Virus record (IMG/VR): IMGVR_UViG_3300045988_098456
Reading direction: 5' to 3' (one strand)
Origin: a virus
DNA: 64,000 nt
How positions within the stretch are numbered: position 1 is the stretch's first letter; each line of letters opens with the position of its first letter. The notes beneath the pieces are model-generated. The model did not search any database. It was not told the DNA's origin and saw nothing but the letters and a program-made list of their open reading frames with translations. The position numbers were made by a program, and so were the translations under genes. This document shows, piece by piece, positions 43,497 to 52,089 of this stretch.

Positions 43497-44542
43497 AGAT
43501 ACAGACATTTGAACTATGTGCCGGATATGATTCTCAACTGATGGCTTTGGAACGACTGAAGAAGAAACATTCTGATTTCGATTACGAGTGCATCGGATGG
43601 TCTGAGATAGAGCCAAGCGCAATAACCTTGCATAACGCTTGTTTTCCTAGTCTGTCCGGTAAGAACTTTGGTGATATGACCAAGATAGATTGGAGCAAGG
43701 TTGCTGATTTTGACTTGCTGACATATTCAACACCTTGCCAGTCTGTTTCGCAAGCTGGAAAGCAGGAAGGAATAGAGGAGGGAAGTAACACCCGTTCTTC
43801 TATCCTTTGGTTCACAAGAAACGCCATTATTACCAAGAGACCGAAATACCTATTGATGGAGAATGTTGAGGCTTTGGTTCAAACAAAGTTCATTGGGTTC
43901 TTTAATAAGTGGCGCAAGGAATTAGAATCCTACGGATATGTTAACTATGCTAAGGTGGTAAATGCAGCCGACTGCGGTGTTCCTCAGAACAGAAAGCGTG
44001 TCTTCATGCTCTCTATACGAAATGATGGTGATAAGATAGATTATCATTTTCCGAGAAAGACAAAGCTGAAGAAACATTTGGTAGATGTCTTGGAGGAAAA
44101 TGTGGACGAAAAGTACTTTATGAGCGATGCTCTGCTATGTAAAGAGAAATTTGTGTCAAATGAATGGAAAGAGCCTATGAGTGCAGCTATAAGAACTCGT
44201 TCTGAAGGGAAGTGGATAAAAGGCGAAAAGCATAGTCCAAATGTCGAGCTTGGAAAGAATATAGCCAATACCATTACATCTGCGAGCAAGGACTCCTTGG
44301 TTGTGCTTGGAGAGACAAGGTTGTGCATTAGGCGTTTGACTCCGAGAGAACTCTTCCGTTTGATGGACGTTGACGAAGAATACATAGACAAGATGCTTGA
44401 AAGTGGAGTGTCGAAGTCAAGTCTTCAAAAGGCTGCTGGAAATTCGATTGTTGTAGCTTGCATGGAGAGGATATTGGAGGAACTTTGGTTTTCTGAGAGT
44501 AATGTTAAGGTCGCTGATGATGGTCAGCTATGCTTATTTTAA
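43493..44542 (+). CDS. dcm: DNA cytosine-5 methyltransferase
   Basis: Motif I FELCAGYDS, motif IV STPCQSVSQAGK, ENV, QNRKRVF, GNSIVV. Confidence 0.9.
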   Translation: MKIQTFELCAGYDSQLMALERLKKKHSDFDYECIGWSEIEPSAITLHNACFPSLSGKNFGDMTKIDWSKVADFDLLTYSTPCQSVSQAGKQEGIEEGSNTRSSILWFTRNAIITKRPKYLLMENVEALVQTKFIGFFNKWRKELESYGYVNYAKVVNAADCGVPQNRKRVFMLSIRNDGDKIDYHFPRKTKLKKHLVDVLEENVDEKYFMSDALLCKEKFVSNEWKEPMSAAIRTRSEGKWIKGEKHSPNVELGKNIANTITSASKDSLVVLGETRLCIRRLTPRELFRLMDVDEEYIDKMLESGVSKSSLQKAAGNSIVVACMERILEELWFSESNVKVADDGQLCLF

Positions 44543-44823
44543 ATATTGACGATATGATGTTTTTAAATAGTAACGAGAAAAAGGAGAAAGCAAATGCTAT
44601 CTCATACAAGATAGATGAGTACATCTGGGGACGAAAGGATTTTGTTACCGATTGCCCCTATGGTGAGAAAGGCAGATACACCAATGCAATTAATAAAGTT
44701 GGTGATTTGGGGTGTAACACTTGCGAATGGCAGGAAAGACACAACCCAAGTGCGCAAGTTGTGATGTGCTCCCATCCAAAGGTGGAGAAGAGCGAAGTTA
44801 AGAAACTTTTTAAGGATTTATGA
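44530..44823 (+). CDS. Small Cys-containing protein
   Basis: 97-aa ORF. CPYGEKG...CNTCEW...C. Confidence 0.4.
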   Translation: MLILNIDDMMFLNSNEKKEKANAISYKIDEYIWGRKDFVTDCPYGEKGRYTNAINKVGDLGCNTCEWQERHNPSAQVVMCSHPKVEKSEVKKLFKDL

Positions 44824-45218
44824 TTATGGATAGGGAAAAATTAAAGAAAGATTACGAGAATGCTTGCAATGCTTACTTGGAGGCATTTTGTGAGAAGCAT
44901 GAGTTTTACGGATTGGATAATCCGGAGACATATTGGATTGATACAGGTGGAATAGCCAATTGCGGTGATTTAACTTTCGATATGGCTACTATTGTAACTG
45001 ATATTGACAAGGATGCTCCAGAAGAAGAGTTGTTGAAGTGGTACGATTATACTATTGAAGCTAGTGAGTTCAATTTGCCTGTTCCAAACTTCGACCATTG
45101 GCTTATGGGGTGTCCTATAACACCAAGTAAATGGTTCGAGAATATGCGAGCAAAGCGCAAGGAGTTTGAGGACTTGTTGAAACAAGAAAATGAAAGGCTG
45201 AAAAATGGAAAGAAGTAA
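44820..45218 (+). CDS. Hypothetical protein
   Basis: 132-aa ORF. Confidence 0.45.
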   Translation: MIMDREKLKKDYENACNAYLEAFCEKHEFYGLDNPETYWIDTGGIANCGDLTFDMATIVTDIDKDAPEEELLKWYDYTIEASEFNLPVPNFDHWLMGCPITPSKWFENMRAKRKEFEDLLKQENERLKNGKK

Positions 45219-45483
45219 TCTTTTTAATCATTTGTTGAGGATATATGATGAAGGTCTCAGTATGAAGACTACCGAGCTTGAATATGGTACACTTGAAGTT
45301 ACTGTAGAGAATCGAAGCCAAGACAAGAAAATTACATTCTTAGCAAAGGGCATGGAGGATGCCAAGCAGAAAGCAGCGGAATGGCATGTTGGACAAATGC
45401 TCTTGAATTGCGATGATTTCGAGGAGATTGTTATGTTTTTGGCTCAAAGAAAGAAACTTAAAAAGGAAATGTCAAATGGATAA
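45205..45483 (+). CDS. Hypothetical protein
   Basis: 92-aa ORF. Confidence 0.45.
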   Translation: MERSNLFNHLLRIYDEGLSMKTTELEYGTLEVTVENRSQDKKITFLAKGMEDAKQKAAEWHVGQMLLNCDDFEEIVMFLAQRKKLKKEMSNG

Positions 45484-45820
45484 GAATTTTAGAAGTTGTT
45501 TTTGTTGCGTCCATTTCTTGGTAATACAAAATACAAGTATAGGAAATATTTTGAAATGCAAGAAAGGTAGCACTACGAAAGTATAAGGGAAGAGAGTGAC
45601 AGAAATTGCTGCAATGTGCAAAAACTACAAAGCGTGTGGCACACGTTAAAGAACATGGTAAGACGAATTTAAGGATACAGGTGATAGTATCAAGAGTGTT
45701 TGAGAAAGAGAAAAATGTAAAAACTTTAAAATAAATGGTAGAAATCATATTAAATAATTAAAATACATTAATAAAATAAAGAAACACATTAAAACGCTTG
45801 CATGTTTCAAATATTCTTTG

Positions 45821-45828
45821 TATCTTTG
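45821..45828 (+). promoter_or_regulatory. -7 promoter box tatctttg (within the approx 110-bp repeated promoter/leader module)
   Basis: tttgca -33-like element upstream. The module is repeated at 52.5 kb. Confidence 0.6.
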
Positions 45829-45865
45829 CATTGTAATTAAGAAATAAAGGTTATTAATTTGAAAA

Positions 45866-45878
45866 GGTGAGACACACC
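45866..45878 (+). promoter_or_regulatory. Leader motif GGTGAGACACACC, copy 5
   Basis: Exact 13-mer, 16 nt before the ATG at 45895. Confidence 0.6.
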
Positions 45879-45894
45879 ATAAAAACTGGTGATA

Positions 45895-46227
45895 ATGACA
45901 AAGAAAGAAATTTTAAAACAATGGCTTGATGAGCCGAAAGTGAAATATTGTGGCAGTTCAAATTTTACGTTAGGTTATGGTGATGGCTGGGATTGGGTTA
46001 AAGATACTCTACGACCAGCTATCACGAAGAATGCGATGTTCCTCAGATTCTTGGAGCATGGCTTCCGTGAGATAGAAGAGTTTCTGAAATCCAAGTCCGG
46101 AAAACCTAGCGAGGATGATTGCACATTATATTCCGTTGGGTACAAAGATGGAGTCAAGGATGCTATGATAGCAATAAAGAATAGATTTGAAAATTTAAAA
46201 TTCAAGTTTCAGAAGCCATTAGGTTAG
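45895..46227 (+). CDS. Hypothetical protein
   Basis: Start trimmed to MTKKEIL. Confidence 0.45.
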   Translation: MTKKEILKQWLDEPKVKYCGSSNFTLGYGDGWDWVKDTLRPAITKNAMFLRFLEHGFREIEEFLKSKSGKPSEDDCTLYSVGYKDGVKDAMIAIKNRFENLKFKFQKPLG

Positions 46228-46231
46228 AACG

Positions 46232-46462
46232 ATTATCCATTCAATCGTCCGGAGCGGATTACCCTCAGCCTCGAATGGAATTGGGAGCTACGTTAGGGAT
46301 GAATGTATAGGCACGTCAGGATGTCCGTCCAAGTTCTGTCCTCTGCGGTTCGTGGTTAAAAGTGGCGAAAGCTGCGGTGCTGCGGACAAGAAACCACCCC
46401 ATAACATTGGCGATGGGCGCACAACCCCACTTTGGTGGGAGATTTATTTATTAATTTAAATT
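46232..46462 (+). ncRNA. Candidate IscB omega RNA (HEARO-type), boundaries approximate
   Basis: A G+C-rich, ORF-free, helix-dense 230 nt lies directly upstream of iscB (e.g. acgatt/aatcgt, ctgcgg...ccgcag-type pairings, cccac-tttg-gtggg at the 3' end). AT-rich DNA lies on both sides. Confidence 0.6.
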
Positions 46463-46470
46463 GATTTTTT

Positions 46471-47718
46471 ATGATTTACGTAAGGAGCAAGGATGGTAAG
46501 GCATTGATGCCAAGCGAGCGTGGAGGGAGGATAGGCTATCTTCTTCGCCACGGCAAGGCTCATGTAGTCAGCCGTGTTCCGTTTGTCGTTCAGTTGGATT
46601 ATGAGAGCACCACCTATACGCAGGAAGTGAGCCTTGGCATTGATGCTGGTTCAAAGCATATTGGCGTTTCAGCTAGTTCCGAGAAGAAGGAGCTGCTTGC
46701 AGCGCAGGTTGAGTTAAGAATTGATGTTGTGAACTTGCTATCTACTCGCAGGGAGTTGAGACGAACAAGGCGAAACCGCAAGACACGTTATCGCAAGTCT
46801 CGTTTTGACAATCGAAAGCGAAAGGATGGTTGGCTAGCACCCAGTGTTGAACAAAAGATTGAGAGTCACTTGAAGGTTATCCGCTTGGTTCATAAGTTAC
46901 TTCCAATTACGAAGACCACAATCGAGGTTGCTCAGTTTGATGCTCAGAAAATCAAGAATCCAGACATCAATGGTGAGGAGTATCAGCAGGGTGAACAAAT
47001 GGGATTTTGGAACGTGAGGGAGTACGTCTTGGCTAGGGATGGGAACAAGTGTGTTCATTGCAAGGGTAAGAGTAAAGACCCAATCTTGAATGTTCACCAC
47101 TTGGAGAGCCGGAAGACAGGTGGCAATTCCCCTAGTAATCTCGTTACTCTATGTGAGACTTGTCACAAGGCTTACCATCGTGGGGAGTTCGAGTTGAAAA
47201 TCAAGCGTAGAAATTCCTTGCGTGATGCAGCCGTTATGAATATTATGCGTTGGGCGGTCTATGAGCGAGCGAAGGAAGAATTTGAGAACGTTCACTTGAC
47301 TTATGGTTATGTAACCAAGCATACTCGCATAGAGAATGGTATTGCCAAGACCCATGCAGCCGATGCTTTCTGTATTGCTAAGAATATTAACGCAATGAGG
47401 TTGAGTACTTTCTTTATGTGCCGTTGTGTTCCTAGCCATACGAGAAGGTTGCACGTTGCCAACCCTAAGAAGGGCGGCATCCGCAGAAGCACGATAGCCT
47501 CTCATAAGATAGGTAAGTCCCGCTTTCAGCGTTTCGACATGGTGCGTTGGAAGGGTAAGGAATGCTTTATCTTTGGCAGCACGCATGGTAATGTTGTTTT
47601 GCGTAAAATTAATGGCGTAAAGGTGCATGAAACGCAAGCTGTGAGTGCCAAAACGATAAAGTTTTTAAAAAGAATTAGAAATAACATTTTAGTGGAAGTA
47701 AGGGCTTCCGAAAATTGA
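46471..47718 (+). CDS. iscB: IscB RNA-guided nuclease (OMEGA system; RuvC plus HNH)
   Basis: PLMP motif (KALMPS), RuvC-I LGIDAGSKHIGVS, Arg-rich bridge helix RRELRRTRRNRKTRYRKSRF, RuvC-II IEVAQFD, HNH CVHCKG...NVHHLESR...LVTLCETCHKAYH, RuvC-III THAADAF. Confidence 0.85.
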   Translation: MIYVRSKDGKALMPSERGGRIGYLLRHGKAHVVSRVPFVVQLDYESTTYTQEVSLGIDAGSKHIGVSASSEKKELLAAQVELRIDVVNLLSTRRELRRTRRNRKTRYRKSRFDNRKRKDGWLAPSVEQKIESHLKVIRLVHKLLPITKTTIEVAQFDAQKIKNPDINGEEYQQGEQMGFWNVREYVLARDGNKCVHCKGKSKDPILNVHHLESRKTGGNSPSNLVTLCETCHKAYHRGEFELKIKRRNSLRDAAVMNIMRWAVYERAKEEFENVHLTYGYVTKHTRIENGIAKTHAADAFCIAKNINAMRLSTFFMCRCVPSHTRRLHVANPKKGGIRRSTIASHKIGKSRFQRFDMVRWKGKECFIFGSTHGNVVLRKINGVKVHETQAVSAKTIKFLKRIRNNILVEVRASEN

Positions 47719-47724
47719 ATTATT

Positions 47725-48015
47725 ATGGATTTAGGAAAGGCGATTAAGACAATGAGGGTAAGCAAGGGCTTGACCCAACGACAACTTGGTAAGGCTATCG
47801 GTTGTAGTGAGACAAATATGTTGTTTATGGAGACTGGAAGAACGTTTCCACGTAAGAGTAAGATTGATGCAATATGCAAGGTATTGGAGATTCCGATGTC
47901 ATATTTGTTGATGTTCTCTATTACACCGGATGATATTCCGGAAGATAAGCAGAGTTTGTACACAAGCATCGTTGAGCCGATGCGTAACGAATTTATTAGG
48001 GAGTTATTGCGATGA
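47725..48015 (+). CDS. XRE-type HTH protein
   Basis: IKTMRVSKGLTQRQLGKAIGCSETNMLFMETG. Confidence 0.65.
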   Translation: MDLGKAIKTMRVSKGLTQRQLGKAIGCSETNMLFMETGRTFPRKSKIDAICKVLEIPMSYLLMFSITPDDIPEDKQSLYTSIVEPMRNEFIRELLR

Positions 48016-48224
48016 AGAAATGCTATTATTTTGTGGCTAAGTATGTCAAGAAAGGCATAACACGAACATGTACTGGTACACAAGAGACGATTGATGGCTA
48101 TTTTGATTTCGTCAGTGCTGGAAATTTTATAGCACAGAAACATAATGTTGATTCAAAAGACGTAATTGTAACTTTTTGGTCTGAGATTAATTCAGTAATG
48201 TTAGATAAATATAAAAAGTATTAG
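48012..48224 (+). CDS. Hypothetical small protein coupled to the HTH gene
   Basis: ATGA overlap. Confidence 0.45.
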   Translation: MKKCYYFVAKYVKKGITRTCTGTQETIDGYFDFVSAGNFIAQKHNVDSKDVIVTFWSEINSVMLDKYKKY

Positions 48225-48235
48225 AAAGCATAAAA

Positions 48236-48415
48236 ATGGTTGAATTTGAGTATGAAGGCAGTATCATTTGGAAAAATTACGATTTCCATTTTTTGCCTTG
48301 TGTAGGAGATAAAGTTGTGATTAACAACCTTACATATAAGATTAAGTCTCGTGTGTTCAAGTGTGATGGGAAGATAGTTAAAGTGGTTTTAAAAAAGGTA
48401 GATAATGAAAGTTAG
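48236..48415 (+). CDS. Hypothetical 59-aa protein (below the ORF-track cutoff)
   Basis: Hand-translated as MVEFEYEGSIIWKNYDF...; fills an otherwise empty gap. Confidence 0.3.
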   Translation: MVEFEYEGSIIWKNYDFHFLPCVGDKVVINNLTYKIKSRVFKCDGKIVKVVLKKVDNES

Positions 48416-48746
48416 AATAGTTAAACATGTTTGTGCCGATGGAGTAGAAAGAGGTATCTTGGAGTACCGTAACCATTGGTGGGAGAAGTGGAAGCCATTG
48501 CATCAGGACGGAAAGCTGGCTTATGTTTCATATATGGGAACGAAACCATATAAGTCATTGCAGGAAGAGTGCTTTGATGTACTTGGATTGAATGAAGAAC
48601 AGATAAAGGTTCGTGAACAGATGTTCCGTTATATCTTGGATGCTGAAGAGGTATACATTGGTGCAAGAATTGGTAACGAATATCATATCGGCTATGATGT
48701 TGATAATGATGAGAGTCTTGAAACGCTTAGAAATTTGGAGGAATAG
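48405..48746 (+). CDS. Hypothetical protein
   Basis: 113-aa ORF. Confidence 0.45.
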   Translation: MKVRIVKHVCADGVERGILEYRNHWWEKWKPLHQDGKLAYVSYMGTKPYKSLQEECFDVLGLNEEQIKVREQMFRYILDAEEVYIGARIGNEYHIGYDVDNDESLETLRNLEE

Positions 48747-48748
48747 TT

Positions 48749-49045
48749 ATGATCGGAAAGATTTTTTCGGTTAATACCGATATTGTATATCGTAGAGAGG
48801 AGAGTTTGAATCTCTTCGAAGGCAAGAAAAAACTTGATAAGGTGGTGTCCGGTCGGGTATTCAAGGAACAAATCAAGTTGCTTGGTTTTACCATCAGGAC
48901 AAAGTATTTTTATCAGATTTGCTGTCCACAAGTCAATATGAATGATACCCATGATGTTATTGTATTGAATAAGGTCGAGGATTTGGTAAGGACAGAGTGC
49001 TATAACAAGGTTGTTGAATATTCTAATAGAAAACATCATGCCTAG
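48749..49045 (+). CDS. Hypothetical protein
   Basis: 98-aa ORF. Confidence 0.4.
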   Translation: MIGKIFSVNTDIVYRREESLNLFEGKKKLDKVVSGRVFKEQIKLLGFTIRTKYFYQICCPQVNMNDTHDVIVLNKVEDLVRTECYNKVVEYSNRKHHA

Positions 49046-49862
49046 TGTTAATTGTTTCAGAAGAGTCTTGTTGAACGTAGGTGGCAAGAAGATAATTATC
49101 AGTGTGCCGCATGGAATGACCGAAACCGAAGTAAACAAGGTTATGATTGTTACTAGAGGTTATCTTCAGCAATATGTCTATGTTGAAATGGTGTTGGCAG
49201 AGTGCTTCATGCAGAAAATCGAAAAGAGTATTCTGAAGAAGAAATGCGTTAGGTTTGAAGTTAAGAAGAAGTGGGTGGACTGTAAGAAGAACCTTCGCAA
49301 GGTGGTTAAGTATTATGACGCTTATGTTCCTAATGCAGATTTCAATAACGAATTCGCAATGACGTTTTATGACAAGATCAGTGGAGACTTGTATAAATTG
49401 CGAGATAAGATTGCGGTGAGGTTACAGAACTTAGGAATTGGTGAAAAATCGGGAGTCTATGCGAATGCAATCATCCTTTATAATCTCACCAACCTTTGTC
49501 TGGGAACTTATGAGAATATCATCCGTAAGCTGTTTGAAGAATTGCACGTTAACTTAATGCAAGCGTTCAAGGATTTTGCCCCAATACTTGCTTTTGAAAA
49601 CTCCTATGACTTCATGGCGTTAGTGATGGATAAGGATTTCGAGAGACTGGCAGACCATTTGATGACCAAAGAAATTCTTTCTTATTTCGACAAGGTGAGA
49701 AAAGGTGTCTTTGACGAACAGACATTGAATGAGGCTGCTATCAATGCAACGGAAGACTTGAAAGACGATGAGAAGGATTTGCAGCGGACATATATAGGAA
49801 TTAATGATTTTATGAAGAGTGACTTTCCTTTGGAGAGAACAACATCAAAGAAAGCAAGCTGA
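49011..49862 (+). CDS. Hypothetical protein
   Basis: 283-aa ORF. The start is uncertain. Confidence 0.45.
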   Translation: MLNILIENIMPSVNCFRRVLLNVGGKKIIISVPHGMTETEVNKVMIVTRGYLQQYVYVEMVLAECFMQKIEKSILKKKCVRFEVKKKWVDCKKNLRKVVKYYDAYVPNADFNNEFAMTFYDKISGDLYKLRDKIAVRLQNLGIGEKSGVYANAIILYNLTNLCLGTYENIIRKLFEELHVNLMQAFKDFAPILAFENSYDFMALVMDKDFERLADHLMTKEILSYFDKVRKGVFDEQTLNEAAINATEDLKDDEKDLQRTYIGINDFMKSDFPLERTTSKKAS

Positions 49863-50119
49863 TGAGAATAGAACCTAGTGAGTTCTTGCCGATAGGTAAC
49901 GAATTTCAGAAAATCTTCGGTGTAAGCTTTGGAAAGTTTATAGATATGCGGTTTCTTTTGGCAAGAAAAGAACTGGTCTTCAACTTGCTGAAGTTCACAG
50001 ATTGGCTTGAAGAGTGCTATCCGGATGAGTGTTCCATAGATGGAGTGAGTTATAATGCTGTTGTCGAGCGAAAGTTTGGTAAGCGAGGTGTTAAAATGAT
50101 AAAGAAGATGATAGGATGA
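49862..50119 (+). CDS. Hypothetical protein
   Basis: 85-aa ORF. Confidence 0.45.
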   Translation: MRIEPSEFLPIGNEFQKIFGVSFGKFIDMRFLLARKELVFNLLKFTDWLEECYPDECSIDGVSYNAVVERKFGKRGVKMIKKMIG

Positions 50120-50820
50120 AGTATATGGGTAGTAAGGCTAGAATCGTGCATGAAATATTGCCGATTATGCTGGACAAAGAGCATGATACGTTTGTAGATG
50201 CTTTCTGTGGCGGCTGTAGCGTTATAGAGAATGTTCCGAACACGTATCGAAGGATTGCCAACGATAAGAATAGGTATCTTATCGAAATGTGGAAGTATCT
50301 TCAGAATGATGGGTTTGTCTTCAACCATATTAGTAAGACGTTGTATAACTTTGCACGAGACTGCTATCACGGAAAGAATAATTTCTTCACAGAGGCTGGT
50401 GTCGGACTAATTGGCTTTATGGCGAGCTTTAATGGTCGCTTCTTTGATGGTGGCTATAGCGGACATAATGTTGTCGGCAAGAACGGAAAGGCAAGAGATT
50501 ACATAAGGGAACAGATAGAAAACACAATGCGTGATGTGCCTCTCATCAAAGGTGTTGAGTTCTATAGTGGTAGCTATGATGAACTTGTGATACCGGATAA
50601 TAGTATAGTATATTGCGATTTGCCTTACAAAGCTACGAAAAAGTATGATGTATCAAAGAATTTCGATTACGAAAGATTCTATATATGGTGCATGGAAATG
50701 GCTAGAAGAGGTCATAAGGTATTTATCAGCGAATACCAGATGCCACAGGAGGTCAGATGTGTTTGGGAAAAGGAAGTAACCAATTCCCTTAACCCGAATA
50801 TTACAAACCAATTCCCTTAA
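50116..50820 (+). CDS. dam: DNA N6-adenine methyltransferase (Dam/D12 class), C-terminus altered by a 28-bp duplication
   Basis: MKYMGSKARIV, FVDAFCGGCSV, YCDLPY. Confidence 0.85.
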   Translation: MKYMGSKARIVHEILPIMLDKEHDTFVDAFCGGCSVIENVPNTYRRIANDKNRYLIEMWKYLQNDGFVFNHISKTLYNFARDCYHGKNNFFTEAGVGLIGFMASFNGRFFDGGYSGHNVVGKNGKARDYIREQIENTMRDVPLIKGVEFYSGSYDELVIPDNSIVYCDLPYKATKKYDVSKNFDYERFYIWCMEMARRGHKVFISEYQMPQEVRCVWEKEVTNSLNPNITNQFP

Positions 50821-50835
50821 CCCGAATATTACAAA
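50780..50835 (+). repeat. Perfect 28-bp tandem duplication (ccaattcccttaacccgaatattacaaa x2)
   Basis: 50780..50807 is identical to 50808..50835, checked base by base. Confidence 0.95.
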
Positions 50836-50876
50836 GAGACCTATTGAAAGGTTGTTTACTATTGATTAGGATTAGG

Positions 50877-51035
50877 ATGAAAGAAACTTATTGTTTAGAA
50901 GATACGCTTTACAATACAAAGCGCTACTTCACTATGGAGAATGGAGTGGTGTCAGGAACAGAACTTGCACAAGAATACTTTAACGTGTTCCTTGATCTTG
51001 CAAGTCGGCTTGGTTATAATGTAGTGAAATTATGA
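50877..51035 (+). CDS. Hypothetical small protein
   Basis: Start trimmed to MKETYCLED. Confidence 0.35.
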   Translation: MKETYCLEDTLYNTKRYFTMENGVVSGTELAQEYFNVFLDLASRLGYNVVKL

Positions 51036-51193
51036 CTAGGCGAGTACACAAGGATTGTCCGTTCACGGCAGAAGAATTGGATGAGTTCAGAGCAGCTTTG
51101 TATAATGTGAATACATCTTTTCACTGCTGTAATGCAGCTCCGGTAGACTGGTCGGCAGGATGGCAGCGGAATGATATAAGAAAGACGAGGTAG
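51032..51193 (+). CDS. Hypothetical 53-aa protein (below the ORF-track cutoff)
   Basis: Hand-translated as MTRRVHKDCPFTAEELDEF...; ATGA overlap. Confidence 0.3.
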   Translation: MTRRVHKDCPFTAEELDEFRAALYNVNTSFHCCNAAPVDWSAGWQRNDIRKTR

Positions 51194-51194
51194 G

Positions 51195-51630
51195 ATTTCC
51201 ATAATCGACCAAATACCCACGTGTCAAAGCCGTGTGATGCCCAGCGTGGGGGCGGGATTGTAAACTTAGGAGTCACACGGCTTTATTTTGAAGTTTCATA
51301 ACTACAAATAGCCTATCGCTAATGGTTGTTCCCTTGGGCAGGGAGATAGTTAATACCGCATCGTAAGATGTGAACACTTAAAATTTGCCGACAACCATTG
51401 GCAAATGCCTATTAGTCAGCGGCAGAAACCCTTGGGCAAGGTTGGGAATGGTGCGCAATCTTCAACTTCGCATCTGTCGCTGACAAACGGATGAGTGGCA
51501 TTGGCAACTGAAAGCAATGCGACCCTCGCAAACTTGGAGCGGATTTTCTGATTAAACATTCCGTGTACTGAGTCACTGGGGAGGAATTGGCCCAACAAGG
51601 GTTTAAATCCCTTGTCATCCACTAATTTTA
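51195..51630 (+). ncRNA. Unassigned structured non-coding region (approx 430 nt); strand not established
   Basis: There is no plus-strand ORF and the region is G+C-richer than its flanks. Many long complementary segments are present (12-bp 51226/51273, 9-bp 51321/51391, 7-bp 51383/51400, 11-bp 51415/51474, 6-bp 51498/51515, 6-bp 51596/51609, 6-bp 51489/51615). Confidence 0.45.
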
Positions 51631-51642
51631 AAAGGTATAATT

Positions 51643-51870
51643 ATGAACGAGTATTGTAAGAATTTGATTTCAAATGGAGTTCCTAGCTGGATAGTAGAGG
51701 AGGCTTATAAATTTACAATTGAGCCTTTGAAACCAACAGAAGGCTTGGTAGGAATTGATAAGGAAAATAGTGAGCTATATAGAAATGTCATTATCGCAGC
51801 CTACATTGAGGGTGCTAGTGCTACATTGGAAAAAGTGAAAAGATATTATGGCGATGAGGAACATAGTTAG
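51643..51870 (+). CDS. Hypothetical protein
   Basis: 75-aa ORF. Confidence 0.45.
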   Translation: MNEYCKNLISNGVPSWIVEEAYKFTIEPLKPTEGLVGIDKENSELYRNVIIAAYIEGASATLEKVKRYYGDEEHS

Positions 51871-52087
51871 ACAATGGAACGAGGCAACAGAAGGATATTC
51901 GTACCGCTTCAAAGGTGGAGATATTTTCCTCCGGTTGGTTAAGGCTGAAGGTAGTTATGAATTGCGTAACCCTATAGGTTATGGTGTTCAAGTAGTCATA
52001 TGCAAAGACTTGGATGAAGCAGATGCAAAAGCCAAGGAAGTGCTAGAAGTGTTTTTTGAAGACAAAGTTAACATAAAAGTTATTTGA
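51848..52087 (+). CDS. Hypothetical protein
   Basis: 79-aa ORF. Confidence 0.45.
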   Translation: MAMRNIVRQWNEATEGYSYRFKGGDIFLRLVKAEGSYELRNPIGYGVQVVICKDLDEADAKAKEVLEVFFEDKVNIKVI

Positions 52088-52089
52088 TT

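Noticed and set aside
45476-45650. Cys-rich reading frame (MDKNFRSCFCCVHF...KCKKGSTTKV) that continues after an in-frame TAA (…CKNYKACGTR)
   Set aside because: It could be a disrupted small zinc-binding gene or stop-codon read-through, but it is too short and unsupported. No other gene in the window needs recoding, so alternative genetic code is rejected.
47149-48143. 162-aa and 205-aa minus-strand ORFs
   Set aside because: They are antisense to iscB and the XRE-HTH gene, and no motif is present.
51489-51622. tRNA-like or tmRNA-like 3' domain: T-arm-like caaggg-tttaaat-cccttg followed by tcatcc, which pairs with ggatga at 51489
   Set aside because: The T-loop lacks the conserved TTC (it reads TTTAAAT). 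There is no CCA or discriminator context and no D-arm or anticodon arm. The enclosed 130 nt is too long for a tRNA and too short for a tmRNA, and no tag ORF is present. It is kept only as a helix within the unassigned structured region.
51412-51622. Two overlapping 68-aa minus-strand ORFs
   Set aside because: They overlap each other in different frames inside a G+C-rich, helix-dense segment. They have no promoter box or plausible start context. They are most likely by-products of composition.
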